Below, piece by piece: positions 47,208-57,786 of a stretch of DNA of 64,000 bases. Below the pieces are notes generated by a model. It was not told the DNA's origin. It saw nothing but the letters and a program-made list of their open reading frames with translations, and did no database searches. Origin of the DNA: Azolla caroliniana (lineage: Eukaryota > Plantae > Polypodiophyta); NCBI GenBank assembly GCA_043228905.1, contig JBHGNT010000155.1:337-64336 (forward strand). The letters run 5' to 3'. The position numbers were made by a program, and so were the translations under genes. Within the stretch, counting starts at the first letter, position 1. The number at the start of each line of letters is the position of its first letter.

Positions 47208-49625
47208 CGTCACACTAAATTTAAAATAAATAAATAAAATAAAATAAAAAACAATAATGCAAAAGCGAGGAGTGAATGGATGAAAGAGCGAGGAGCGAAA
47301 AGGTACGTAGTGGGCATTTAAAGCGCTACCATAGGACATAATGTTATTTTAGTACACGACATGCACACACTCAAAAAAGGCGCCAGAATGCAAAGACAAA
47401 AACCACTGCGCGTAGAGACCCTTTACTTTCGCGAACCCAGGAGCACAGAAGCACCAAGATGCTGCAAGATCATCAGACGAGAACCTACGCACAGAGAACC
47501 CTCGCCTTCTGAACTCTCTCTCTCTCAATCTCACTCTCATCACCATCCAACCTCGCCACCGCAATCCGACCTCGACACAGACATGGACCCGCAAACGCTG
47601 TCGGAAGCCGCCAAGACATGGCTAAAGCAACACGGGCTCGAGGGCTTCTTGATGATGATGGAAGTACCGCCACACAAAGAAGCCGACAAAGTGATCAAAG
47701 AAATCGACACAGAGGTCATAACGGCAGAGGCGATTCGAGCGTTAACAGGACTTCCGGAGGGAGGCATACTCACGATTGACAACCCAACTCCGGAGCAACT
47801 CATCAGGTATTTTGGTGAGTACTCTCTAGCCAGCAAGGGCTACCGGACACAGGGCGGCGGAGATATGTTGTTCCACGAGATTGCTCGTGTGCTCCACGAA
47901 TACGGCCACGTGTACCCTAGACCCCCTGTCATGCCGCAGAACCGGGCAAGGATGATCATCGCCACCTATGAAGGGATCAAGGTGGATTGGCCGGTATTGA
48001 TCGCAGACGGGTTGTGTGCGGCGATCGAGATCGTCAGAGGCAAAGACGGCAAAGAAGGCCGAGACGGACGGAGGATATGGCACGCCGTAACGCAGTGGCT
48101 CACCTTGCTTGTGCCACCCGTCCAGCCCGTCCAGCCCAAGAAGCGAGGAAGGGTGGCGGACGGCACCCCAAAGACGGCTTCCAAACGACAACAGTTGTTG
48201 GCCTCTAAGGCCACTAAGGGAAAGGCGGAGGATGTAGAATAGGCAGGAAAGGGGAGCGGCAGCTGGAAGCGGCCAACGGATGCGCAGGAGGAACCACCGG
48301 CACGGCCCGTAAAGGTTACACTCCGCCGACCGATGAATAGAGAAGCGGACCCCTTGGCGGCAAAACTCAATGCCGGGACTCAGGAAGAGGAAATAGAGGA
48401 GGAGCCTACGGAGCACCTCCAACGACGATCGTCGGCAAGGACCGTTGAGGCAGCCGGGAAACGTTCGGACCCTCAGACGGAGGGAACACCGGCTCCCCAT
48501 ACTGAGACTCCCACACCAAGGAAGGAACCGGAACCGGTGCACATGGCACCGGAATCAGAAGCCTCGGCACCACCGGCAACACCGGCAAGTCCCATCCCGC
48601 CAGAGCCGGAAAGGTCAATGCAGCCTCCCTCGGCCAGCCAAGAAGAAGCGCAAGGGGAACCAGGACAGCAGGGTGGTCCACGGGCAGAAATGGAATTGCA
48701 ACTCGGCGCAACCAGGCGGGACCACCCATCTACAAGTGAGCCCATCTGTCAAACCTCCGTGCAAGCACAACAAGGCACCGGTAGCCTGTGGCTCCGGTGG
48801 ATAGGCGAACAGATAGCCGAAGCAGTGGGGTATATTGAGGCGGAAGAAAGAGCGCAAAGTGAACGGTTGCTCGTCACAACCGAACAACTAGAGACGGCCC
48901 GGTCCAGAATCCGGTGCCTTGAAAAAGACTTGGATCAGGTCACGACAGAGATGGCCAAAATGGCCTTAACGGCAACACAGATCCAATCACCGGTGACTCC
49001 GGTAAGTGTACAGAATAAAGAAACGGATTGACCTGTACATACCAATAAGACCCCGACAACGGAAACCGTTCCGGCGAGAGATGCGGCGCAAGCCCAAGAG
49101 CTTGCGGAATTGAAAGATGAACTTGCTGCACAAGAGGCACTAAGGAGCCGTGAACGAGAATTGAAGACAGCGGCCGAAGCCGAATTAAAGAAGACTGCTG
49201 AGAACCTCCGCCGAGCAGAGGAGAGCCTCCGGAAAGGCCATCAAGCGTACGACCGGCTAAAGGAGGAAAAAGACAAAGTGCTGCAGGAAAAGGACAAGCT
49301 GCGGAAGACGGCGGAAACGGAAATTGAACGGCTAAAGGAAGAGCTCCGCCAGCAGAAGGACCGCGAGGACCGGGCCCGTCGACAGATCAACGCACGGCTC
49401 AAGCAAAAGACAGATGATTTTGAGCACCTGCACCGGGACTACAAACGGCTGGAAACGGAGCATAAGGAACGGATGGCCAAGCTCCAGCAGGAAGTTGATC
49501 GGGCCGCGACGGCGATCGCCGACGAACGTGCGGAAAATACAAGACGCTTGGACGAGGCGGAGAAGGTCCGAATGGAGCTCCAGAGGCAGCAGCAGGAAGA
49601 AAAAGAGAGAGCGTCAACAGTATTG

Positions 49626-50286
49626 TGACGAGAACTCGGCGCTCCTTCGGCGCAACGCTCGGCCACAACCGAGCTTGGAATGATACACAGAAAATGGGAA
49701 ATAAAGCACGACACAAAGAAGAGGAAAATACACAGGAGGTTTACATGGAAAACCCCAAACTAGGGGAAAAACCACGACAGCCCACACAGGCTACAAACTA
49801 TCACTACGTTGGAATGTACAAACAGTGAGTTCACAGAGGCAACGACCTGGTGCTCACGATCTTCGCCACAGGTGGCGGTTACAACAGAGGCAGCGACCTC
49901 TCTCTCTCTCTCTCTGTACTGTTACGTGCTCACTCTACTTCTTGCACCCCCAAAAAATTGACAAAAAAAAAAAAAACTAGTTTGCCCTAAGTCATATTTA
50001 TACTAATATGACTTTTCGGCTATTTACAAATATAGCCTCGATGGACTATCAGAAAACATATTTACGAATATGTCTCTTCATCCGGTTCTCCGTAACCAGG
50101 TACTCCTCATCCGGTCTTCACCGAGTCTGCATCATCCGGCTCTCCGTAGCTGGGTACTCCTCATCCTGTTCATACAGGGTCTGTACCATCCGGCTCTCCA
50201 TAGCCGGGTTCACCTCATACGGTTTCAGCACTGTTCATCGGCACTGTTCTTCTCCCTTCCCATCCGGAGGGACCTGTCTCCCAACA
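49626..50286 (-). mobile_element. solo LTR, copia C family
   Basis: Homologous to the C LTR. TSD TATTG at 49621-49625 / 50287-50291. Confidence 0.95.
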
Positions 50287-50828
50287 TATTGCAGAAATTA
50301 CAAAGCACATATCAAAGGCAATTGACGCATTACAAGGCGCATGCGGAAGACAATGTCAAAATCATCAAGCAACTGAAGGAGGAACGGCAAGTGGCGGAAA
50401 CCAAATCGCAATTGGGAACGGGCCTTATTCAGTCTATCCTCCGGGCATGGCTGAATCAGAAAAAACACTTGATTGATGAAAGCTCCGTAAGATGGTGGAC
50501 AAAGTGGGCACAAAACGCGGCGGAACTCCAATTGCTACGGGCAGATGTGGCAAACCGGCGGAAGGAAGGAGATGATTGTTATACGTTGACTTCCGAGGAC
50601 TTCACCGCCATACGGGACGAGCTGGCCGACGACTTCCAAGTCTTGGCGGATGAACAGCTGGCGCAGGTCAGGCAGCTCGTAGCTCAGCTAGATGATGATA
50701 GGCTAGACGCTCAAATTCAGTTTGAAAGCTACGAGCGGTCCCGGGTTCGGGAAGAAAAAGCACGGGAAGCGGCAACGGTTAACCTTAGTGATGAGGAACC
50801 GTCGCCGGTTGAGGGCCAGCCCGGAACC

Positions 50829-51542
50829 TGTTGGGAGACAGGTCCCTCCGGATGGGAAGGGAGAAGAACAGTGCCGATGAACAAACTCGGCCGAGGCCGA
50901 AACCGGATGAGGAGTACCCGGCTACGGAGAGCCGGATGATACAGTGCCGATGAACAAACTCGGCCGAGGCTGATAGGCCGAGGCCGAAACCGGATGAGGA
51001 GTACTCGGCTACGGAGAGCCGGATGATACAGACCCGGTGTGAACCGGATGAGGAGTACCCGGCTATGGAGAGTCGGATGGTGCAGACCCAGTGAGAACCG
51101 GAGGAAGAGACATATTCGTAAATATGTTTCTGAGAGCCTATCGAGGCTATATTTGTAAATAGCCGAAAAGTCATATTAGTATAAATATGACTTAGGGCAA
51201 ACTTTTAGTAGTTGTTGTTATTTTCTGTTTTGCACGAGATTAGTATGCGTAACTGTACAGAGAGAGAGAGAGAGAGAAAGAGGTCGTTGCCTCTGTTGTA
51301 ACCGCCCCCTGTGGCGAAGATTTGTGAGCACGAGGTCGGTGCCTCAGTGAACTCACTGTTGTATATCCCTACATAGTGACAGTTTGCAACCTGTGGGCTG
51401 CCATGGTTTTTCCCCTAGTTTGGGGTTTTCCACGTAAACCTCCTGTGTATTCTCTTCTTCTTCTTGTCGTGGTTTTTCTGTGTATCATTCTAAGCTCGGT
51501 TGTGGCCGAGCGTTGTGCATTAGGAGCGTTGAGTTCCCGTCA
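50829..51542 (+). mobile_element. solo LTR, copia C family
   Basis: Homologous to the C LTR. TSD GAACC at 50824-50828 / 51543-51547. Confidence 0.95.
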
Positions 51543-51816
51543 GAACCAATCAACCGGAGACCACTACGACGAAGGGAGCAACGACGGAGACGTCGGTGTC
51601 AGAGTAACAAACGGAGGAGCGGCCGCAGCAGCCATCAACGGACCCGTCGCAGCAGACATCAACAGAGCAACAATAGCAGCAACAACAACAACAACAACCA
51701 ATTCCAGATGAACCATTGGAGACTCTCGAACAAAGCATTCTAGATATTTTGGACGAAGAATGCAAGGGTCGGTTGTGGATTCGACGTACAAGGTACTGTC
51801 CCACGGGCGTGCCATG

Positions 51817-52185
51817 TGTTACCGGCCGGCAAAGGAGTCCAGAGTGGGAAACGGAGAGTTATTTAAGTAGTAGGAATGTGGTTGTAATTAAGCTATGAGT
51901 GTGGACGGACGGACCGGAATCGGTATGCCGTTCCGGATCCGGACCGATCCCGAACAGGTGCGGATGGCACCGTTTTGTAATACAGACCGGAAACCTATTT
52001 AAAGGCCCAGATACAATGTAATGAATGGCGGTTCATTAATAAAAGCTTAGCGTTGTTATCTCTTTGTGTTAATTGCCGTTCTGTCTTAATTGTTATATCT
52101 TACGCGTGTGATTATGAAAGACGATCATGCTAAGTAACTTAATTAAGTCGGATTAAGCGTTGAGTCTAATCCGGTTGCCGTAACA
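51817..52185 (+). repeat. 3' LTR of element G
   Basis: Inverted termini, CTATTTAAAGG TATA-like box, AATAAA and a T-rich downstream part. Confidence 0.78.
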
Positions 52186-52357
52186 CCCTTTGGTGAAGTG
52201 TCTTCCGTAGACACTCTGTGTTAGGCCATTGTCCGGCCCTAAGAGTTAACAACAACGATGTACAGGTTGAAGAAATATTGAATGACTCATAACTATGACC
52301 TGAGAGGGTTTGTTTCTGAATAGAGCTACTTTCGTTGTTGCCTATGAATATGGATAC

Positions 52358-52750
52358 CTTGCAATGTGTCTAGGGAATAGATTGTAATTGCTGGACTGTT
52401 TTCTCTATGTTGGAGTATATAGATTTGTTTCTGCAACCGTTGTCTACACAAGACGGGCTTGGGAAAAAATACTTTGCATGATGTAACCGTTATGACCTTT
52501 CTTTATAACTAATGGAAGGATAATTTGTTTTGAAAAAAGAAAAAAAACCTCTGACTTGAGATCCTTTGCAAAAGTGGTTGTGGTGCCCAAAGGCAGATTC
52601 AGAGCTGTAAATACATTTGCAACTATATATCTAAAGTCTGCCTGAAAAAGTAAAAATGCCACTCATTAAGGCTGTTTCAAAACAAGTCATCAATATCAAA
52701 GAGAATTGTTCAAAATATACTTGCCTTAATAATGTCAATTCCTATCTTTC
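52358..52750 (-). pseudogene. possible decayed multi-exon host gene fragment, product unidentified
   Basis: Candidate exons 52750-52725, 52641-52549 and 52443-52358 with GC-AG and GT-AG introns. They join in frame to KIGIDIIK-ADFRYIVANVFTALNLPLGTTTTFAKDLKSE-TTVAETNLYTPT*RKQSSNYNLFPRHIA. Confidence 0.45.
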
Positions 52751-53199
52751 CTGAATAGGTAGGTTAACTATTGATAATTTATCTAATGTAGCCCCAGCTT
52801 ACATTTGGAGCAAAGGAAGATTGTATTAGCAAAATTCATACGATTGCAAAAAGACACCAAACATTAAGAATAAAAATTAAATGAGAAATTAGATGCTTAG
52901 ATAATGAGATTCTCTAGTACCTTAAGCAGTTCTACCAATTTCGTAATATTGATTTTGATTTTGTTATTTTCAAAAACGAGACAACAAGTTTAAGATGTAA
53001 TCTCTTATTCGGTCTCATAGGACATTTTCCCCTCTCATTGGTAATGAAATATGAAGAGCAATGGTGCTTCAAAATGTTCTTGCTAAAACTCAAGAGAACA
53101 TAGAGGGAATTTGTTCAAGGACAACTATACAACCATAATAGCTCATCAACAAAGAACCATTACGACTTTCTTTAGCTCCATCACTCCTCATGCTACAAG

Positions 53200-55770
53200 T
53201 CAATCAAGGGTTACACAAGTGGGGTCTCCACCAAGACAATAAAAACAGATATATTAGATAGGGCAATAAAAAAATTACAGCATAGGAAATCCATGGACCA
53301 CACATGATTGCGAGCTAAGCACATCATATATGCTCGAGAGTGCCTAGCCCCCTTTCTCACTCTAATCTTCAACCGCACCCTCGCCGAGGGTTTTCCACCA
53401 CAATGGACCATGAACACAGTGGCCCCTATACATAAAGGAGGGGACCCAATGGATCCAATGGACCCAATGGACCCAAATACATATAGGACCATTATGATAG
53501 GCCATACGGTCGCTAAACTATATGGTGCGGTAATGGAAGCGGAGCTTAGCAATTATATGGAAACATTAAGTCTTCGAGCACCTGAGCAGGTTGGCTTTAG
53601 ACGAGCCTTCTCCACTATTCACCGTATCTTCACACTTAGGTGCTTAATTGACCAGACGAAGGCTCGTAAGAGGAAACTATATTGTTGCTTTGTGGACTTC
53701 CGCAAAGCCTTTGACACAGTTCCTAGGGAGAAGTTGTTTGATAGACTTAAGAGCTTGGAGATACCAAATGACATGATTTGGGCCATTTATGCCCTATATG
53801 AGCAAGTCTTTGGGTGTATAAGATGCCCAGGTGGCCTATCTGATTGTTTCACTAGCACCATTGGTGTAAAATAGGTTGCCCCCTATCACCGACTCTTTTT
53901 GGGATCTACATTGATGAGATCACTGATTTTATTGCTCGTAAGGGAGGCAAGGGAGTAGCTATTGGGGATACGCAAGTTAGTCTCTTACTCTACGCGGACG
54001 ACATTGTCTTCCTCTCGAAGTTAGAACACGACCTACAAAAGCATCTTAATGCCCTAGATGACTTTTGTACACAACGAGGACTGGTAGTGAATCTAGAGAA
54101 AACTAAAGTCCTTATCTTTCATACATCATCCCGAGTTAGGAGTAAATGTCACCTAATCCTCTCTCATAAACTAGTTGAGGTAGTTGGATCATATGTATAC
54201 TTGGGAGTCACTTTTAGTGCTCGCTCAGGTAAATTCTCGATGACCCAGGTAGCCAAAGGTAGGCTAACGAGAGGGTATGCATCCCTCTCACTCTTAGAGA
54301 GACAATGCCATCAGGCATACTTTCAAGAGCCACAGACTAAGGGATGGCTCTTCGACTCATTAGTGGCCGCTTCCCTCATGTATGCATTAGTCGTATGGGC
54401 TCCAGGTCTACCATCTTTCATGTGGACGCAATTAGAGAGACCTTTGGTGACGATGTTATGACGTCAACTCCGAAGCAAATCGACAGTACCACATGACATT
54501 ATTAGAGCAGAGTTTAGTCTGCCCCCGATGTTAGTAGAAGCATTGTTTCAAGTGGTAGTTTTTATTCATCGGATACATAACCAACCACAAGATAGGATAT
54601 CACGTCGAGCCTTTGAGGCATCTCGATCCCTACATGCGTCTGGAGACACTAGCTCTTGGTATAGCACTGTGGTGAGTTGGTTACTTGCAAACGGCATAGA
54701 CATTAATAACCTACCCCCCCTTAAGTACAACCATGGGACTAATCAAACTCTAATATCTCATGAAGACCGTAATAAAGTGATATGCCAAGAAATATGGCAA
54801 ATTTACACTCGATATAAATGGATCACCCCACAAGAGCCACTCCCATCTAAAATGTTGTACTATAAGGAACACTTCTTGCACTTCTCTTAATTAGGTTTTA
54901 TTACACGACCAAGATATCTAGATACATTCTTATCAAATGCACTAAGGGTTGCCATTGGACAACTTAGGATATCATCTCACCAACTTGAGATTGAGAATGG
55001 TCGGGCTAATAGAGTCCCTAGGGAGGAAAGACTATGTAAGTTGTGCCACATAGAGATAGAGTATGAGTATCACTTCACATGCAAGTGCCCAACTTATGCC
55101 GAGATACGAGTGGAATACCAAGACACATTAGGACCCTCTCCCACCCTCTCCAAACTATTAGATACCCCAGATGTAAAGAGACTAGGTAGGTATATCTTAG
55201 AGCTAAAACAACATAAGGAGAATAAATTACAAAGTGTTAACCATAACCCTTTTACTATTCATCAACTTGTGACTAGTGTAATTTTTCAGGGGAGGCGATG
55301 AATGTGGATACACTTACGCCGCTCGGCTTCTCTCTTGAGGAAACCGAAACACAAAGAACAACCAAATGCCCTTTGATGTTGGGTTTCAAAACAAGTCGAC
55401 ACAGAGTAGAAAGGATTAAGAAGATAAGGGAACGTGACCTACGTTGACAAGAAGCTATGGTTGGGGTACCTTTTACATTGGGGCCACGGGCCACATCCAC
55501 ATCGAAACCCTTTGACCTCCCGCTTCTCTTCGAGAGACTTGGATGGAAATGAAATTAGGCCTAGTATAACATCATTTTCATTGTAGAAAATTTTTGTTAT
55601 TTTTATTTTACTAGAACAATTTAGCTTAAAACACTATTTTTATTTTTATTTTTATTACTTTCGATGAATGGGTAAATATCCCATTTTTTGTTGTAAACCA
55701 TTTGTCTCATGGGCCAATTTTGGCCTTAGAAGACGTTAATATACTTTCTTTCTCTCTCTCTCTCTCTCTC
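53200..55770 (+). mobile_element. 5'-truncated LINE with RT domain (RTE/RTEX-like)
   Basis: Motifs QVGFR, FVDFRKAFDTV, GCPLSP, LLYADD, YLG and RISSHQLEIE..CKLC..E.EYH..C. 3' hairpin and (CT)n tail. 5' boundary is approximate. Confidence 0.92.
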
Positions 55771-56365
55771 CACTCTGTCTTGTCTCTCTGTAACTCTTTT
55801 GCTATAGAAACTATAACACTATTCTACACACTTTGTTCTATAGTAATTATGTGTTTGCCCTAAGTGTATTTATACTTATACACTATATTTCTAACAAACT
55901 CCCCTTCACTCCTATGGGTGGAGTCGATCAGCCATGTCCTCTATCGACAGACTTAGATTCTATCCATCGGTAGGTTCTTTTTCAACATGTCGGATCCATT
56001 GTCATCAATATGGATCTTCACAAGGGTGAACTCTCCTTCCTCCATTTTCTCCCACAACCAATGATACCTTCTTTGTGTCATAACTAGACCCGAACCCATA
56101 ACCTTTTGTTACACGGGTCGAGACTTTACCATTAGGTTATGAATTGTAATTTGAAGGATATTATTTTCATTTAGGTTTTATTGGGAAATTGATGTATATT
56201 CCAGATTTCTCTGGAACATTCTAGAAACTTCAGGAGTATTCCTGAAGACACTATAAAAGGAGGCGCAAGGCATTAGTTCGAACCAAATCGGTTCAACGCC
56301 AGTCTTAAGCCTTCTAACTACTGTTGTATATCTTCCTTCATATAATACATATATCTTTCGCATCA

Positions 56366-56401
<36 letters not shown>

Positions 56402-56540
56402 ACTCACTCATTCCTTCTCTCAAAGTTCGACACCTCTCATAGTACTAATCCTTCTCTGTCTTAGTACTATTCCCCAACAATAGTACTAATCCTTCTTTTA
56501 GTACTAATTCCTTCTCAGCCTTAATAGAGTTCCTGACAGT

Positions 56541-56552
56541 TTGAACCGATTT
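56541..56552 (+). promoter_or_regulatory. self-priming PBS
   Basis: TTGAACCGATTT is complementary to LTR sequence AAATCGGTTCAA (56285-56296), about 33 nt downstream of the TATA box at 56252. There is no TGG tRNA-type PBS. Confidence 0.8.
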
Positions 56553-56616
56553 TACTGTCTGGTCTTTTCTCTCCCTCCTTTCCTACTAGTCTCTTATTTC
56601 CCTTTTCCTTCATCCC

Positions 56617-57786
56617 ATGGCCACCGTTAGCGCTGAAGAGTATCAATCCGTTTTCTCGGAATTTCAATGCTTGAAAGAGAAGTTTCATGCTTTGGAACAA
56701 GAAAATCAACGCTTGTTGGGGGATCTTCAGCAAATTTCCTTAGAAAAGCAGCAAACGCAACAACAGCATGGGGAACTTGCGTTACGCGTGCAACAACTCG
56801 AAGCAACCATCGTAGCAATGCAACAACAAGGGCACGGAGCACAAGGGATTCATAAAGAACCCAAGATTGGCCTTCCCACGAAGTTCGATGGAACGCGATC
56901 GCAGTTTAGAGGGTTTCTTAACCAGGTACGGTTAGTTATTCAAATGCATCCGTCCCGATATCCCACCGATGCATCACGAGTGGGTTTAGTAGGCACGTTG
57001 TTAAATGGCTCAGCATTAGCATGGTTCGCTCCGCTACTAGAAAAGGAATCTCCAGTACTAAATAATTTTGAAGAATTCATAAGTGAGTTTAAAGCATGTT
57101 TTGGAGATACTGACAGCATAAGGACTGCAATCAACAAAATCCGGCGATTACGCCAAGGTGACCGTCCAGCCTCCGCATATGCTGCAGATTTCCGCCTACT
57201 CGCCACCGATATCCCCTGGGATGATCAAGCATTGATGGAGCAGTTCCGCTATGGTCTACGCAACGATGTCAAAGATTTACTCTTGACTTTCCCTGAAGAG
57301 CCAAAATCATTAACAGAAGCAATCAGTCGAGCGGTCAGATGTGACAACCGCCTCTTCGAGCGACGTTCGGAACGACAATTTCAGATGCCGAGGGCAAGAT
57401 CCGAGCCTACCTATGCCTCAGTGGTAGCAAAACCTTTTCAAAGGGAGTCACATAATGCGCCTCCAGTAAGTACTCCAACTCCAATGGAAATTGACACTAC
57501 ACGTCGTCGTGGGCCGCTATCGGAGGAGGAAAAGCAACGACGCCGAACAAACCGATTATGCCTTTATTGCGGTGGACCAGGGCATATCGCGATAAACTGT
57601 CCCCATAGACCAAGAAGGCAGGTAAACCAAGTCGTTGTTAGTTCTGACTATACTAAACCCGAGTCTATTTCAGTAGGAATCTCTGATAGTCCTCATAGTC
57701 ATAATAGTCTTAATAGTACTAATAGTCCGAATCTCGCAAACAAATTTGATGTCCTTAGCCAATTAGAAGAAGAGTTAAACGACTAA
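56617..57786 (+). CDS. gag: chromovirus Gag (PEG10/RTL1-like)
   Basis: P.KFDG.R..FRGF, LRQGDRPASAYAADF, PTPMEID and CLYCGGPGHIAINC. Confidence 0.95.
   Translation: MATVSAEEYQSVFSEFQCLKEKFHALEQENQRLLGDLQQISLEKQQTQQQHGELALRVQQLEATIVAMQQQGHGAQGIHKEPKIGLPTKFDGTRSQFRGFLNQVRLVIQMHPSRYPTDASRVGLVGTLLNGSALAWFAPLLEKESPVLNNFEEFISEFKACFGDTDSIRTAINKIRRLRQGDRPASAYAADFRLLATDIPWDDQALMEQFRYGLRNDVKDLLLTFPEEPKSLTEAISRAVRCDNRLFERRSERQFQMPRARSEPTYASVVAKPFQRESHNAPPVSTPTPMEIDTTRRRGPLSEEEKQRRRTNRLCLYCGGPGHIAINCPHRPRRQVNQVVVSSDYTKPESISVGISDSPHSHNSLNSTNSPNLANKFDVLSQLEEELND

Larger units (their letters stand above)
47583..51760 (+). pseudogene. G accessory ORF (~900 aa reconstructed), split by two solo LTRs
   Basis: Segments 47583-48242, 48333-49031, 49110-49625, 50292-50828 and 51548 onward. 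Globular N-terminus, Pro/Glu linker, coiled coil and AAELQLLRAD domain. The end is approximate. Confidence 0.68.
45222..52185 (+). mobile_element. 3' part of non-chromovirus gypsy element G (RH-INT, large accessory ORF, 3' LTR)
   Basis: Motifs FVDASDIAIG, YYASRKL, ISDQGGHF and RWTGPY. LTR 51817-52185 (TGTTACCGG..CCGTAACA). The 5' half is missing beyond the E2 insertion. Confidence 0.88.

Noticed and set aside
51772-51814. A bona fide tRNA gene
   Set aside because: There is no D arm, anticodon arm or 5' acceptor strand. It has an insertion in the T loop and an encoded CCA, so it is reported as a cis-element instead.
52186-52251. Possible LTR end (..GAGTTAACA) as the missing 5' LTR of H
   Set aside because: It does not match the H LTR terminus beyond TTAACA, and no TSD was found.
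53442-53478. DPMDPMDPMDP repeat in the LINE RT
   Set aside because: A local 9-bp slippage triplication in an already dead copy.
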